A stretch of 63,505 nucleotides of DNA, the filler included, from Rhabdomonas costata (taxonomy: Eukaryota): NCBI GenBank assembly GCA_019059605.1. It is 23 parts of 23 records of this genome, joined end to end, with 100 filler letters (N's around TTAATTAATTAA, not from the genome) between each part and the next. Parts side by side here need not be neighbours in the genome. Positions count along the whole stretch, not along the records: positions 33,210 to 35,864 come from JAHMHO010002426.1; positions 35,965 to 38,628 come from JAHMHO010002427.1; positions 38,729 to 41,393 come from JAHMHO010002428.1; positions 41,494 to 44,158 come from JAHMHO010002429.1; positions 44,259 to 46,923 come from JAHMHO010002430.1; positions 47,024 to 49,686 come from JAHMHO010002431.1; 17 more parts are not named here. One strand, 5' to 3'. The position numbers and the translations under genes are program-made. Below the pieces are notes generated by a model. That model did not search any database. It saw only the letters and a list, made by a program, of their open reading frames with translations, and was not told the DNA's origin. Each line of letters begins with the position of its first letter. The first letter of the stretch is position 1. This document shows, piece by piece, positions 33,730 to 47,296 of this stretch.

Positions 33730-35636
33730 TCTGGATTCGCATTCTGTTTCGGATACAGTTTTCTTCGATTGCATCTCTCTTCGGCAGCACTGAACTCCCG
33801 CTTCAACTCATGGTTGTACTGGAGTATAGACTGGCATTCAGTGCCAGTCTATTCTGCGTATAAGCAATTCTCCTGCCAATCCTTGCCTTCGCCTTATACG
33901 GTTTTACATAACGGCACTGGCATCGCTTTTTAGTTAAGCTGCTTTCCCTGTGGTTTGCCGACTTTTCCCCCCACCACGGCATAGCACTGTTCACCAAAAA
34001 AAAATTGACGTTAATGTTGATGTGACACTTTTCCCGTGAGAAAACAGTATTCATATCGGAAAGCACCATCTTTTCTTTTGCTGCTGAGACAAGAGAAGTT
34101 CTTGAAGAGACCAACCAGTTTTGAGGGTGCTTTTTGCTGCTTAGCTCTGTTTTTTCTATCCCCCTGCGTGTAAAATGTCGTATGCTGGCCGGATCTCCGC
34201 GGCCCGATTAGCCGCGTCCTCGTGGGACAGAATTGTCAATGGTGTTCATCTTTTCCCACACCTTGCTCTGTTTTAAGTGCATAAGATGAGAAAGAGGTTT
34301 TCTGACTTCAGTACTGCTCGTGGTAATGATACTTTGGGTCACGGGTGCGTGTACGGAAATCAGAAAGTCACACGGTTGTCGCACGGTGAATGATGGGGAG
34401 TTTTCATTTGGTCGTGGACAGCAAGAAGCTCGAGCAATCTTACTGGGTCGACGAACCGTGAAGAGACTTCTTATCTTATTGCACCACCGCAGGTTCCGTT
34501 TCTTCTTCACCCTCCGAAATCAAAGTAATGATGAAGAGCCTCTCACTGGGCCGCGATTTTACTCGTTGCTTTCAGGTGTGGAGAGGATTAGGAGTGCGAT
34601 TGATGGGCTTCTCAACTCCCCGAGTTATCCTGTCATCCTAGTTTTCTATTAATCGTTGCTGTGCGCGCCAGCGTGCAGTTCTTTAATTCAATGAAACAAG
34701 CTGGGAGCTCCATGAAGCTTTCATGAAGCTGGGGAGCTCAATTTGCCTACCCCCGCCCCTGTTCCGGCGTGCAGTTTTTGAGCTCAGCAGTTCTGTAGAA
34801 CTCCTAAATGGCCTTGCCTTTGTAAAGTCAAGAAGGGGTCAAAGAGGCCCATAAACGGCCAAAACGGCGAGGCAGCTAAGGGCACATTCAGTCGGATACA
34901 AGTATGAAGTACTCCAGTGCCCTACTCCTAGACAAGTCAAGCATTTCCTCAAGCATTCTTTGTAGTTTTCATTTTTTAATGTGAAGGGATATAGAGAGGG
35001 CTAAGCTAGTTTTCATTTTGGTGTTCCATGAGTCCCCTTCGTAGTCTGCCTTGCCGCACAGGCCTACAATCACCTCAAGACTCAGAACGCAGTTGGTGTG
35101 AGTCTTTTTGTTTTGGGACACTTCACCGCTTGCACCGATGCACCGAAACACCGAAACGCGAAATACCCTGCACACCGTGCAACGTGTCGAGCTGGGCAAC
35201 AGGCTCCGCCTGGCGGGCTTCGATGTTTGCATAATATGCAACAGCCATATCAGTCATGACTGGAAAAACCACCCTGTAGTTCCTCTTCATGCTTTCGGTA
35301 GCCACCGCCTTGCGCCCCATGAGCTGCATTTTGGGTGGTTAAGTTGGAAATGAAGGGGTAACATTTCATAGCACCATGTGGTCCAATGTTGAGGGTTACA
35401 TGTGGCAGCGTTCAAGCGTTAACTCGCGTTTTCTCGGTTCCTGACATCCTTTTTACGAAAAGTGAAAGGTACGACAGGTGCGTAGAGGTGTGCCAGCTTG
35501 GATTTTTTTTTTTGCTGTGTGCACCGCAGACGCGTCGGTGGCTGCCACCGTTCTGTTCTCTGTGGACAACACCATACACTTGCTGGCTGGACTGAAGGTT
35601 GGATACCAAGGGATGTGTGCTTGGGCGGAATTAAGA

Positions 35637-35672
35637 ATGTCCGGCGGTGGCGGTGCAGGTTCCGATTTTTAA
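35637..35672 (+). CDS. Extreme C-terminus of a bacterial TPM-domain (YgcG-like) protein
   Basis: MSGGGGAGSDF* lies directly upstream of lemA; TPM-domain genes with this Gly-rich tail commonly neighbour lemA. Confidence 0.55.
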   Translation: MSGGGGAGSDF

Positions 35673-35706
35673 TAAAAACAATATATAATATAAAAGAAAA
35701 AAGAAT

Positions 35707-35843
35707 ATGAAAAAATCAGCAATTATTACTATTGCAGTCGTTGTACTGCTTATTTTATTCGGTGTAGGGTTCAGTATTGGTTCTTATAATTCAATGGTCG
35801 ACAAACAGGAAGGTGTAACAAAAGCATGGTCGAATGTAGAAAA
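35707..35843 (+). CDS. lemA: Bacterial LemA family protein, N-terminus (truncated)
   Basis: MKKSAIITIAVVVLLILFGVGFSIGSYNSMVDKQEGVTKAWSNVEN: transmembrane anchor plus YN.LV...E.V..AWSNV. AT-rich, with an A-rich leader lacking a Shine-Dalgarno site (Bacteroidota-like). Confidence 0.88.
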
Positions 35844-36214
35844 CCACCACCCAACCCCACAAAANNNNNNNNNNNNNNNNNNNNNNNNNNNNNNNNNNNN
35901 NNNNNNNNTTAATTAATTAANNNNNNNNNNNNNNNNNNNNNNNNNNNNNNNNNNNNNNNNNNNNTGTTTGTAATCGAGACATGTGTGTGTGCATTATCGT
36001 CCACTCCAGCTACAATACCCGCCAGGCACACAACACCCGACCCGCTGAAAGGGCCCGATCCAACTTACCAACCGAGGGCGGGCACGAGATTCCCTCCTGG
36101 CTTGTAACGGTGCTTCTGCTGAGCCGTAGCGATGGTAAACTCAACAGATTGTGTGAAACGGGCAAGTGCAGGAGCAAGCTTTTGAGTGGAAATCAGCAAA
36201 GACAACGCGGGGGG

Positions 36215-38416
36215 GGGGTGCCTCGAGTGTCTCCAGGAAGGCCATCTTCTGCAAGTCGAAAGTCGCAATGGCGTCGGAGAGCTCCACGGCAACACGAACA
36301 TCATTGAGCTTGCCCTGCATCGCCTTCAGTCGGTTCTGCAGCTTCCTAAGTGAACAGGAGGTAACAACGGTGGGTCAAACACAGTCCGGAAATCGATATT
36401 GCATGTTTCACCGCAAATATGAGACTTTACCCAATCCCAGAGGTTTGGAGCGGACAGCATTTTGTTTTTTCGGAACGACCTCATCTTCAGATAAAACGCG
36501 TCACATATCTCAGTGCCCATTGGAAAAGTCTCCAAGGGCTGAGGAGTGGTGGCTGCAGCGTACCGAGTAGATGAGGGAGTTCAGCTGGTCAACTTTTGCC
36601 ATGGTCAATTTTTCAGGGGTCACCACGTCGCTACTTACGACACCCACTCGAATCTCCAAGATCCAAGATGAGCTAGAATCGCTCAGAGTAAGTATCGTTG
36701 CCTTGCTCGCAAGTTGTGACTTGCACCACCACAGCCTTCTGCGGATTCCCCAACCAAAAAAGCATTATGCGGGGGGAGGGGGTGAAAATCGGACGACATG
36801 GGACAAAGAAAAAAGCAAGGGTGAAAAGGGGCGTCAAGCATGCACAGGAACAAGCACAGAACTCCTACAACATACCAGAAGAAGTAAGCCACCGCCGCCC
36901 CGATGACCAATACCCCGACTACCACGGGGATGACAATCGGGATGAGGTTCAGCTTGTACGGCACCGGGGGAGGGATAATGAGCTCCCCATTGCACGTGAA
37001 CTGCTGCAGCACGGCACTGACCTGGGCTGAGGCCGAGGAGAAGGCCGGGACGTACCCATTGGCCCGGGTCTGTCCGCAGGAGAGGGAGGGTGGATGTGCA
37101 TAGCAGCAAGGAATGAGTTTCACTCCAGCGCACTGCTCGCAAGGCGGCGCGGCAATGAGACCATGCACATGCTCCAACCTCGACGCAAAACCCTAGTCGA
37201 ATCGAACAGGACAGCGTTAGCTGGTGAACCGGACAGCAGGAGATGCGGGAAGCAGGGAAAGGCGCAACCACAGAGAGGGCCTCCGCGCTTCCTGTGACCC
37301 ACTGCACAAAGTTCACGATCGCTTCGGCGACACGGCAGTCCGCCGCAAGCACGTCCTGCCTCAGCACAAAGCTGGTGAAGCCCACAATGGGGTAACTGGT
37401 CTCCCCGGCGGTGTCAATCAAATCTGTTGAAAAATGTCAGCCGCAATGAGATCAGCTCCAACGGAAGCAGGATGGGAGGGGGGCAGCGGAGGCACCTGTT
37501 GCGATGGGAACCCCAAACCATTGGAAGGCCGAGAAGCCGTGCAAAAACTGCAGAGGGCGAGCTGCCCGATGGGTGCATTCATCCAAGCCTGTCTACCACG
37601 CACGGTGTCGGCATGAGTGATTTCGGTGGTATTCGCTGCCATTACGGACCAAAAATCTATCTGCTCCAAAATCAGGAAATTTTTTTCCGAAATGAAGGCT
37701 TGCGTTTGTGCAGAAAAGCTGCATTTTAACCGGGGGCTGGGCTGTGGGCGCGGACACCACACCACAGAGGTAAACTGCCCATTCTCCATCCGACTTTCCA
37801 CCTGCGTTGTAACATGGGGATGGTGACTTCTCTGGTTCACCACAGAAGCACCACATAATGTAACCACATGAGCAAGGTTGGAGTACAACCGTTGAACGGA
37901 TTCTTGCCCATCTGACCCATTCGCAAGCGCCACAGCGCAGCCCAGCACACGTTCACACACCGCTGGTGAACCGGTTGGTAAAGAGGGCCCCCTCCGCGGC
38001 AGCGCCAATCGTGTCCTGGGCTGGAAGAACAACATTTCTAAGCGTAAGAGAGTAAGGGCATAATAAATACTTCCCTCTTTTTCCCTCTTGGCACGCTGTA
38101 TGAAGACTACGGCCTCGTTGCGTAGCAGGTTCGGTGGAAAGGGGTCATGTTACTCTCAGAAGCATTCTCGCCATGTCTTACATCCTGGACCGCAAATAAG
38201 ATACAGACGCGTCTAGACCCTCCCCCCAACCTCCTGCATCAAGCTGTGAGCAAAAACCTCCACTCATTTGGCAAGGCATGCACCACTGTGCTCTCAGCAG
38301 CAGCGGCACCACTGGATGCACGCAGGCACACCCCGCTTGGTTGACCAAGGCCACCATTGTGGCTCCCGCAAGCGCTGCACTGGCGTACGGTACGGCGCCA
38401 ATCGAATAGCGAGTCC
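36215..38416 (-). CDS. Receptor with a PstS-like (type-II PBP) ectodomain, one transmembrane helix and a cytosolic linker; probably a receptor cyclase
   Basis: Exons YSIGAVPYASAALAGATMVALVNQAG; DTAGETSYPIVGFTSFVL..AIVNFVQWV; GYVPA..QFTCNG..IVIPVVVGVLVIGAAVAYFFW; LNDVRVAVELSDAIATFDLQKMAFLE. Confidence 0.75.
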
Positions 38417-39659
38417 TCTGCACACCAATGAGCAAACACACAGAGAAGACAAACACACGGGAAAACGACACAAGAAGAGAGGCGTGGAAGAATAAACGCA
38501 GAATCAAGTTGAAAAAAGGCATATGTAAACGAGCGAACCATGAGAAGGAGCCGTCACGTCACTCCAACCCACCAAGACGTGCCACTTCACCAGCTGTTGC
38601 CCAAAAAACACACAACCACACCCAACACNNNNNNNNNNNNNNNNNNNNNNNNNNNNNNNNNNNNNNNNNNNNTTAATTAATTAANNNNNNNNNNNNNNNN
38701 NNNNNNNNNNNNNNNNNNNNNNNNNNNNTTTTGTGGGGAATGGGCTTTGAAATGCGGGGCCGATCCCTTCAGGATTTTCTATGGCTCCGTTGCCCTACCT
38801 GAATTGTGGGTGTGGGTGCTCATTCATTGGAGTTTCAAAAGTTTCTAAGGATGTTTTGGGCGCTCAGACAGTTTCAATGAAAGACTTTTTCTGACGTCTT
38901 CCTTCTTAGAAGGGATATCTTCGATCAGTTGGTCTTCATGCTTCTGGATTTTTACCTATTGAAGGGTTTTCGTTGCACTTTCTCAGATTGTGCTACAACC
39001 TCTGCAGTTCCGGTTGCGGATACAAAGTTAGCCCCCCCCCCTTGGGCGTTTTCTTCGTCGTCGTCGGCTCCAATATCGTGTGATCGGTTTATCCAGTTCC
39101 TATCGACGAAGATACAGTTTGCGTTGTGACGGCACCGGGCCGTTTGTTTTCCTCAGACAAGCGCCTTGCCTGCGTTCAACGGTTGAGCAAGGGCTAAGGG
39201 CTGTTTTGAGGAGCTAGTGGCTCAGGTACAGGTACAGGTACAGGTACAATCTAACGAACAAGGAAGTGACTGATGAAACCTACAGGCTCAGAAATATATA
39301 CATAAACCTAACCCTACTTACCGTATTTACCCTAACAGTAATTTGCGTGATCCTAGAATTACTCAATCACTGCCTCGGGCTCTGCCATCTCTCTACCAAG
39401 AACGGGTCCTTTCAGTTCTTGGTTCGATAATTTTCACTCGATGTTTTTTTTTCGGGCTGGAGCGGGGGGGGGGACGTTAAATGCTAAACGCCGGTATATG
39501 GCAAAGCCATTTTTGCAAGACCCGCCGCCGCGGCTGGCGTCCGCCCTAAACTAATGTCGTCCCAATTGATACAATTGATGCCTGAAATTGTCGCATTGTC
39601 CCAACATTATCTTCGCACCTACCTCTGTTGTTTGCATGGTGACGATTCACGACTCACAG

Positions 39660-41314
39660 GAACTCTACCGGAGAGTTCAGAAAATGGTGGAGGAATACCT
39701 GGAGGAGGCCACCCAGCGGCGTACCGGTGTGGTGGGGCACCGACTGTTGTGTTTGGGTGGGAGAGGAAATGCTCTTGGTACCAAGGAGCCTGTTGATTCT
39801 TTCCTCTGCTTGAATTCCCAGATGCGGTATCGGCGCGAATATGACTTCCCTGTGTTTTTGGAATGCTCAAGTCTTGTTAGAAAGGATGATGAGGAATAGA
39901 TCTGTTGGAAATGAGATGAGTGAGTTAAAGAGAAGGTAGGTTCTAACTTGTGCTGCAGTCTGCAGCTCCCAAACCAGAGCTGCCCGAAGCAGTGTCCAAG
40001 ATCTGCATGGACCTGGGTGGAGGATAGGGGGTAGGGGGGGGGCTGCCAGGTTTTCTGTGAATGAAGAGTTGTTATCAGCCCCCGTGGTTGCTAACGAACT
40101 GATTTCCGTGATTGATCTGGAACCCACGATGGTATTGTTTGGGTGTTTGGTGAGGTAACTTTGTTCGTCGATCTGCCGCACCCACAGGAACGGGAATACT
40201 GTCTACTCTGGTCGACCAGTGGCAAAGGCACCAGCTACTCATGCTGTCGAGCAAACTGATGCTCAGTTTTCTGGTTCAGTAGCACTTTTCCTTTTCTCCA
40301 ACACTAGCCTTGTTCTCCCCTCTTCTCCTCAATCCGATGGCAAGGGTTCCTTCCCATGTGCCCAGTATCACGTATTGTACGGAAAATTCTCGTGTTCTTA
40401 TGTGGTTTGTGTGGTTCTGGGCTTCCTCGGCCTCTATTCTTCTCGTGTTTTCTTGCGCGTTCAGACCCGCGTTCTTTCGTTTGCCTTGCACGAGCCAAAG
40501 TATTGGTGAGTGGTTGTCTTCATCGCCCGCCTGCTTTTGCCGTACTCGCATACTTGCAGGACGTCTTTGGGTTTTATCTCCCCAGGATACTTCGCTGAAG
40601 ACTTTTGTTCCCAAGTTTACGGCCGTGAGGACCGACTCCGTGCGCGCGATGCTCCTCACCTGTTTCTCCACGGTGGTGGTGTGCAAGATCTCATCGTCTT
40701 GTTACCTCTACCCCTGCTCCGAGGCTAAAGCATTGTGTAGGTAATAGCATGCCTACATTTTTCGGTGGAGTCGGCGGTTAAAGGACAAGGGTGCTCGACG
40801 ACCACAGTTTTCTTTTAAATTCTTCTATATCGAACTAAGACGTCTAGGAATGCGTAACACAGCGGTACCCTAGGTACAATAAATATGTTCTCGTGCTATG
40901 AATAATATCCTCAAAACGCACGTCAATTTGCCCATGGCATTGCTAAACCTTTATGAAGTATTTGCCTGGTATCTGTGTAGCCCTGCTCTTGTAAGGCAGC
41001 GTGGAGCCCAGGCAAAATTCATCAGCCACCAAAACCATGGAACAGTGATCGCAGTCGTCCGCCGATCCAGGCCGTATGCTTGTTCGTTGTTTTTATGGTG
41101 AAATGTTTTTCAGATTTGTCGTGTTCATCAGACACATCCACACGACGCACCGCAAAATGACCTCTGACCAGCTCGCAGCGTCTCTGCTCGTGCGTGTATG
41201 CGTTTGCAGTACGGGAAGGTGAAGCGTTCGTTTGTCGAGGCCATGTTGACAGAGATTGACAGAGATCGGGAGGGCGCGGTGGATAACTGCTGGGCTGTGA
41301 AAGTGGGCACCTCG
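39660..41314 (+). CDS. Cullin-like protein, N-terminal repeat exons
   Basis: ELYRRVQKMVEEYL and VRAMLLTCFSTVV|YGKVKRSFVEAMLTEIDRDREG (cf. CUL1 LTCFRDLVY...AVIALVDKEREG). The middle exon border is unresolved. Confidence 0.7.
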
Positions 41315-41385
41315 GTGTGCCTTCCATTCTCCACCCCTTATCTGCGCATTTTTTCCGTTCTCTGTCAATCTCTGTCAACATGGCC
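41239..41385. repeat. Fold-back inverted duplication at a contig end
   Basis: 41239-41265 (coding) is the reverse complement of 41359-41385. Confidence 0.85.
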
Positions 41386-41618
41386 CCCACACANNNNNNN
41401 NNNNNNNNNNNNNNNNNNNNNNNNNNNNNNNNNNNNNTTAATTAATTAANNNNNNNNNNNNNNNNNNNNNNNNNNNNNNNNNNNNNNNNNNNNTGTGCCG
41501 TGGTTCAGAAATCCTTTGCTATAAAGAACACCACACAACAGAACAAGTCCGTCAAAATGAACCACTGACACCTGCAGACGTATGACAACCAACGTCAAGT
41601 TGAGGTGACGGCGTATAC

Positions 41619-43180
41619 CTTGAACTGCAGGTTCCGCAGCCGAAGCAGCGCAGTCGTGAGCTTCTGCAGGGGTCTGACCATGAAGAAGAGGGTTACCCCC
41701 AGCAAAACCGCAGAGGAGCACAGGACCTCGGCAAGGCCAATCAGACAGGCAACAAAGATCGCTGTGGAGAGCTGCCCGTAAACCGCGGAGTACGGCATGA
41801 ACACCGCGACGTATAGCGGGACCTGAATGTGTGTGCGGTGGCCTATCAATTTGACTTTGCCTGCACGAAAAAACACGAATTGACACGAAGTCTGTTATTT
41901 AACCAGATGCAACTTAACCATTGCAGCGTGTAAATGTAAGTGTAGCTCCAAAGAGCACGGAAGGAAGGGTGGGAAGGGCTGAAGGGAGGGGGTAGGCCCC
42001 ACGCACACTACGTGCAAAAGGCATGGCGTTGGGGAGGTCTTTCTGCCTCCAGTTGGATTTCAAATGCCCTCCCGCTGCCTGCTCCACCCCTCCGCTGCTG
42101 GGCGGGGGTTCTTGGGAAACCTCAATGGCAGCTTTAAACCGCGGTTCTAAAAAGCCCCAAACCTCTGCGCCCAGTCTGCTCATCGCTTGGTGGACCTCTC
42201 TTCGACTCTTCGTCTGCCTGGGATCCTCATGTCAGCTTCTTTCCACACACACGCACATCTTGTCATGATGGAAAAAGGAGGCTCGCGCTGTGCTAGAGAG
42301 AACATACAACCTTGGGTCAAATAAATCCCCAACAAATAAATTTAACCGTTCTCAACCTGCGTTAATTGAAGCTCGGAAAGGTCCAGGTCCAATGGGGCAG
42401 CGGTGAGGATTCCTTTTCCTCCGTGGTAGGAGAAAACCTTTTGCACGAAATCACACACATAAAACATGAGAAAAAAACATGAAAAAACATAGCGGAGGCA
42501 AACCATGCTGAACGCAGCCCAAAATATGCATTTCCTTTCGCCCGATTATGATCGATGCCACACAAACAGATACACAAATCAGATTTTGGCACACTTGGAG
42601 CGCCACCGGTTGGGCAACTAACCTGAATTAGGGAAGCCTGCAGAGGAGGATATACGGGTGCCGAGACCCCCCAGAACGACAAGAGGAACATGGTGTACAT
42701 GAACAGACACCGAAGCTATGCTAAAACCACCCCGCAGTAAATTAATGCCACGAAAAAGAACAGCGCGGCACCCGATCTAAAACAACAACCTGAACGTGGG
42801 AGGTCAGCAGGGGGCTCAAGTCCCAGTTGAAGAACTCCATCAGATGAAGCCCGCCACCGGCAACGATGGGCACGGCCTTTCGAGCAAAAGAAAATGATAA
42901 GTGAGACGAGGATTGGCCTATCCTAATACTTGTACCAGAACAACAATGTACACGGCAATGGAAAAAGCAGAACAACGATATGGTACCCATTCAGCGGAGG
43001 AGGTACCAGGGCCTGGGGTAAGTTTGGATGGAGAGAGCGATAAAAGGGGTACCGTCAGGTCTACAATCGAGAATAATCTGGAGTCAATGGAGGCGTAGGA
43101 CCAGAAGTTCTGCACGGAGGGGTCAACAGAGGCCGCCAGAAGGGCGCCATCGCAGGTGACCACCGTCAGCATGGCTGAGT
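41619..43180 (-). CDS. Receptor fragment: Cache-like ectodomain, transmembrane helix, HAMP start
   Basis: LTVVTCDGALLAAS; VPLYVAVFMPYSAVYGQL, a long hydrophobic run, then MVRPLQKLTTALLRLRNLQF. Confidence 0.65.
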
Positions 43181-43886
43181 CCGCAGAGCACAGACAGAAA
43201 AAACAAATGCATCTAATGCGAAAACCCCACCTCAGATAAAGATGCAAGAACAGAAGAAGAGAGAAACCCATGAAAAAAGTGAAATATTGAGTCAAGTCTT
43301 TCAACCACGCTGATCTGTGAAGCCTTCCCGTTATCGTGAAGCTAAGTGTCCATGCAGTGTGGCGCTAACCCTCCAAAACATCCATCCTGGAAAAGAAAAA
43401 AATCAGGGATGGTGCAACAGAAGTCAAAGATAGATTGGTAAAGGGACTTAAACAAGTTGGAATGTTTATTGTGCTGGCTTTTCACTCTCCAATTTCCCAA
43501 TAGCGAGGATAAGGGACAAGAACGACAAAGATGAGACAATGCGAATGACGTTACGGATGATATTTCGGACAGAGTTTATGGATATGACGCACACGAAATA
43601 GGAAGAGAGGGGGAGAGAGGAAGGAAGAAGAGGGAGGAAGACGGTGCTTCTTCTGTTTTCACATTTACTTTTTTTTTTTGCATTTTTTTCCATTTTTAAA
43701 AAACCATTTTCCTTTTCCCTTCGGTTAAAGTTTGACCCCTTTCCACTTGCAGCGGGCCCTCCGTCAAATTTTTATGAACCTGGCATTTTTCTGCAAAGAT
43801 GTCTTCCATTGGTGGGAGAACGACCGGTGACAGGATTGTGTGAGCTCCTGAGGACCACTGCGCTCCTGAAACGGGCACCATTGAGC

Positions 43887-44158
43887 ATGGCGGTGCTTCC
43901 CCCTTCTCTTCGAGGAGAGGGTGTTGGGCGAGTGACGCTGCGGTGGCTGTTCCGCGCAGTGCTGGCGGGAATGGCCGCTTTGGCTCTCTTTTCAGGGTTG
44001 GAAATGTCCCGCGGGTCCCCACCACCGCTTCCCTCATCACCCCACTCGCGGCCTGCCAAGGCTCGAAGACACCAGCCGGCGCACCGCGCTACGACCCATG
44101 AAGGCGCTATTGCAAAAGATACTCAGGCGGCTGCCCAGGCGCCCCTTGCCCAAAACCC
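43887..44158 (+). CDS. Possible N-terminus of a type II membrane protein
   Basis: ATG, then WLFRAVLAGMAALALFSGL, then a Pro/Ala-rich stem; open to the contig end. Confidence 0.35.
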
Positions 44159-45984
44159 NNNNNNNNNNNNNNNNNNNNNNNNNNNNNNNNNNNNNNNNNN
44201 NNTTAATTAATTAANNNNNNNNNNNNNNNNNNNNNNNNNNNNNNNNNNNNNNNNNNNNGTGTTGGTTGTTGTCATGCTCTCATGGTGTTAGGGTGTCGGG
44301 CTGTCAGGGTGTCAGGATGTCAGGGTCGGAGGGTGTTGGTGTTCGCGATTCCGTTGCTTGTGCTGTTGGTGTTGCTGTCCGTCCGTCTCAACCATGCTCT
44401 CAACAACCGTGCTCCCTGTTCCTACTGCTTTGTTAGTACTTGTGTGTGTTGCTGTGTCTTAGGGTGTCGAGTGGTACGCGGTGTGGATTTCGGGGCCTCA
44501 TGGTGGTTGGATGTCAGGATGTTGCAAGGGCTTGGTAAGTGCATGGTGTTGTCAGGATGTTGGATGCGTTTCTGGAATGGAAGTTGGGTTGAGGATGTTG
44601 GAGGATGTGGTGAGGGTTGGTGAGATAGGGCGGAAGGGTAACGGTATCAGCATGACTATGACTGAAGAATGCAGTAACTCAGCATGACACAGAGGGAGAG
44701 AAGAGAAGAAGCAAAACTGCTAAAGTTACCCTCCTACGTTTCTACCGCTGGTGCCTTCACCTCCTCCTACTACGCATGGCTCCCTCGCTGCTCCTACCGC
44801 TGGTGCCTTTACCTTCACTGCTCGGTCATGCCTTCGTACCTCAGACATGCCCTCGACCTCTGTAAGCGTAAGGATATGTGTATTCCTGTGGCTACGCCCG
44901 GACGGATCCCACGTACGCACCTTATGGTGGGGGAGTGGGAAGAGTGACACGTGGTGTTGAAGGAGGAAGGATGCGAGGGACGGAGCATCCTGACAGTACG
45001 TAGGGATGTTGAAGAGGAAAGGGTGTTGATGGTTCGCTCCACCACAATAGGGTGCCTGCTACCTGCGGCGCCAGACCACCTGCTACTACTACGGGGTGCC
45101 CACTACGTAATCCGTAACGAAATCAAAAGCAATTCAATGCGTGTTTACGAATTTTCGAACTCTTTTCAGAATTCGTCCGCGCAAGGTCCATTACGAAAGT
45201 TCAAACAAATCCAGCACTGCGCCGGATTTGCAAAGCTGCATCTGATTTCCTTCCGACCAAGGGGGAAAACATACAGAAATTTTATTCTCTTCTGTCCTTT
45301 CTTTTTTCCCAACTGTCTCAACAGCCGGCGGTTACAGGGAGGGGGGAGGCAAATGGGTGACAACGGGAAGGCCGTTGAGCCAGCACACCACGTACCAGAT
45401 GTATTACCACGAAGAGCAGAGTCAAGCGAGGGCGCAACAAGTTCAGACACAACTCTGTACAGAGCCACTCACCCTTGCGTGCGGCTAACTGTTCACAGCA
45501 ATTGGGTCTGAGGTTGTCCCCTCGGTCCTGGTTGGATTGGAACACCCACCATGGGCGGGCTCCGAAAGCGCACCCAGAAAACGCTTCAGTAGCGCCTGCA
45601 AAAGCACCCCCCCCCAAAAAAAAACTAACGAAATTTGATACAAGAAACGGAGAGGCAAGAGAAACAACTCAAAAACATCCGCAGTCTCACAATCGCTTGA
45701 GCGCCTAGAATTCTAACAAGCATGTCTTGCAACCAGGGTTTTCTCGGCGGCACTGCTTTTATCAAAAGAGCCAGCAGCTGGCAGCTACCACAACAGAAAA
45801 CAAGCTACAGACGACATCCAGCACTTTTCTCCAATTATTCGTTTCCTAGACATAGCGGTGCGTTTAAACTAGTTAAGGGGAAACACACCCCAAATTCTGT
45901 TTATAATACAATCACAATCCTTTGCATTGAGACCCCTCCAATAACCTGAACAACATGCAACTCGATCCTCCCCCAATACAAAAG

Positions 45985-46540
45985 ACCGTTTTGTAGGGCC
46001 CTCGTCTTTTTTGCAGGGGCGGCTCAACGCATTCGTCCTCCTTCAGGGTGGCTGCATCAGCGTGACCCAACGAAGGAAAGACTGGCTGGACATCACCACC
46101 AGCGCACTGCGGTGCAAAACAAAATAAATATAACATTGAGACAAATCAGTAAAAGAGAGAAAGAGATGCTCTCAAGGCTCAAAAGAAAAGGGTCAAGCAT
46201 CCATTTGCATCAAATCTTATCATCTGGGTGCGTGCTGTGCTAGGGAATCGCAAACCTTTGTGACTGGATCATTCTCCTGGCAATGAACAATATTTGCGCG
46301 CTCATGTAAAAAACCCACTTGCTCCCTCCAGTTGAAGCACAAATTTTAGAAAGCACAGCAAAATAGAAACGTACAACAAGCCAGTGGCAATTCAGAAAGA
46401 CCTGAGCCTTTGGATGAGCCAATCGGAGGTGCCTGCGCAGGCTGGGCTGGCAGGTGAAGATCCCGGAACAAAACTCACACTTCAGCGTGTGCCCCTGATG
46501 CACCGCCCGAGTGTGCTGCCGCAAGTTGGATTGCTGCACA
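45985..46540 (-). CDS. C2H2 zinc-finger protein exons
   Basis: SNLRQHTRAVHQGHTLKCEFCSGIFTCQPSLRRHLRLAH followed by a GT donor; a second probable exon lies at ~46108-45985. Confidence 0.75.
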
Positions 46541-47296
46541 TCCACACACACACATTCATTGATCCACATCCACACAAATGTGAGGAGATGAAGTGAAAGA
46601 AGGGAAACTGCCTGCAAAGTTCCCGATCGAAGGAACTAAGCGGGAACTGGGACGGAAGATGCTCATTCCTCTGGATACTATCTCAATGGGTTGATGCATA
46701 TACATCAGTTAGCCCTTCGTCTGCTCTCCTTATTGGCCTCAGGTAGTGGAGGGTAGGGCTTTTCGGCTTTGGGTGCAGAAACCTGAGTAGCTGCAAAGGG
46801 TGTGCCGTGAATCTCAAGAACTCGGGTCCGCATGCTGCAAACGAGATTCAGTGAGCATTCTCGCTATCCACTCTCCAAGAACCTGGAGTGTCTGGGCTGT
46901 GTTCCACCACTGGCCCCAACACANNNNNNNNNNNNNNNNNNNNNNNNNNNNNNNNNNNNNNNNNNNNTTAATTAATTAANNNNNNNNNNNNNNNNNNNNN
47001 NNNNNNNNNNNNNNNNNNNNNNNTTTTGTTTTGTATCTTCTTGTTTTCTTATGCATTGCAGCAAAGGACAGTTAGTCTCACCACCACCACCACTTGTTTC
47101 TGCGGAGGCCCACAGTGACTTGCACTCCGCACGCCCACAATCGAGGCGCAACAGGGCTGGAGGACCAGGACCAGACCTGGAGTATGATCGTGACATCGTG
47201 AGTTGTGTGTGCGTGTGTCTCTGTATCTGCGAAAGATACGGGAAGGTGGTGATTCGCTGGTGCACGCGAATACCGACACTCTTCGACATCAAAAAG

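Noticed and set aside
39223..39248. (CAGGTA)4 microsatellite, plus other short tandem duplications at 55826-55876 and 59330-59361
   Set aside because: Ordinary slippage repeats.
39438..39455. TTTTTTTTCG resembling the 3' end of the Euglena spliced leader (also near 60474)
   Set aside because: Upstream bases do not match the spliced leader and there is no SL RNA gene context.
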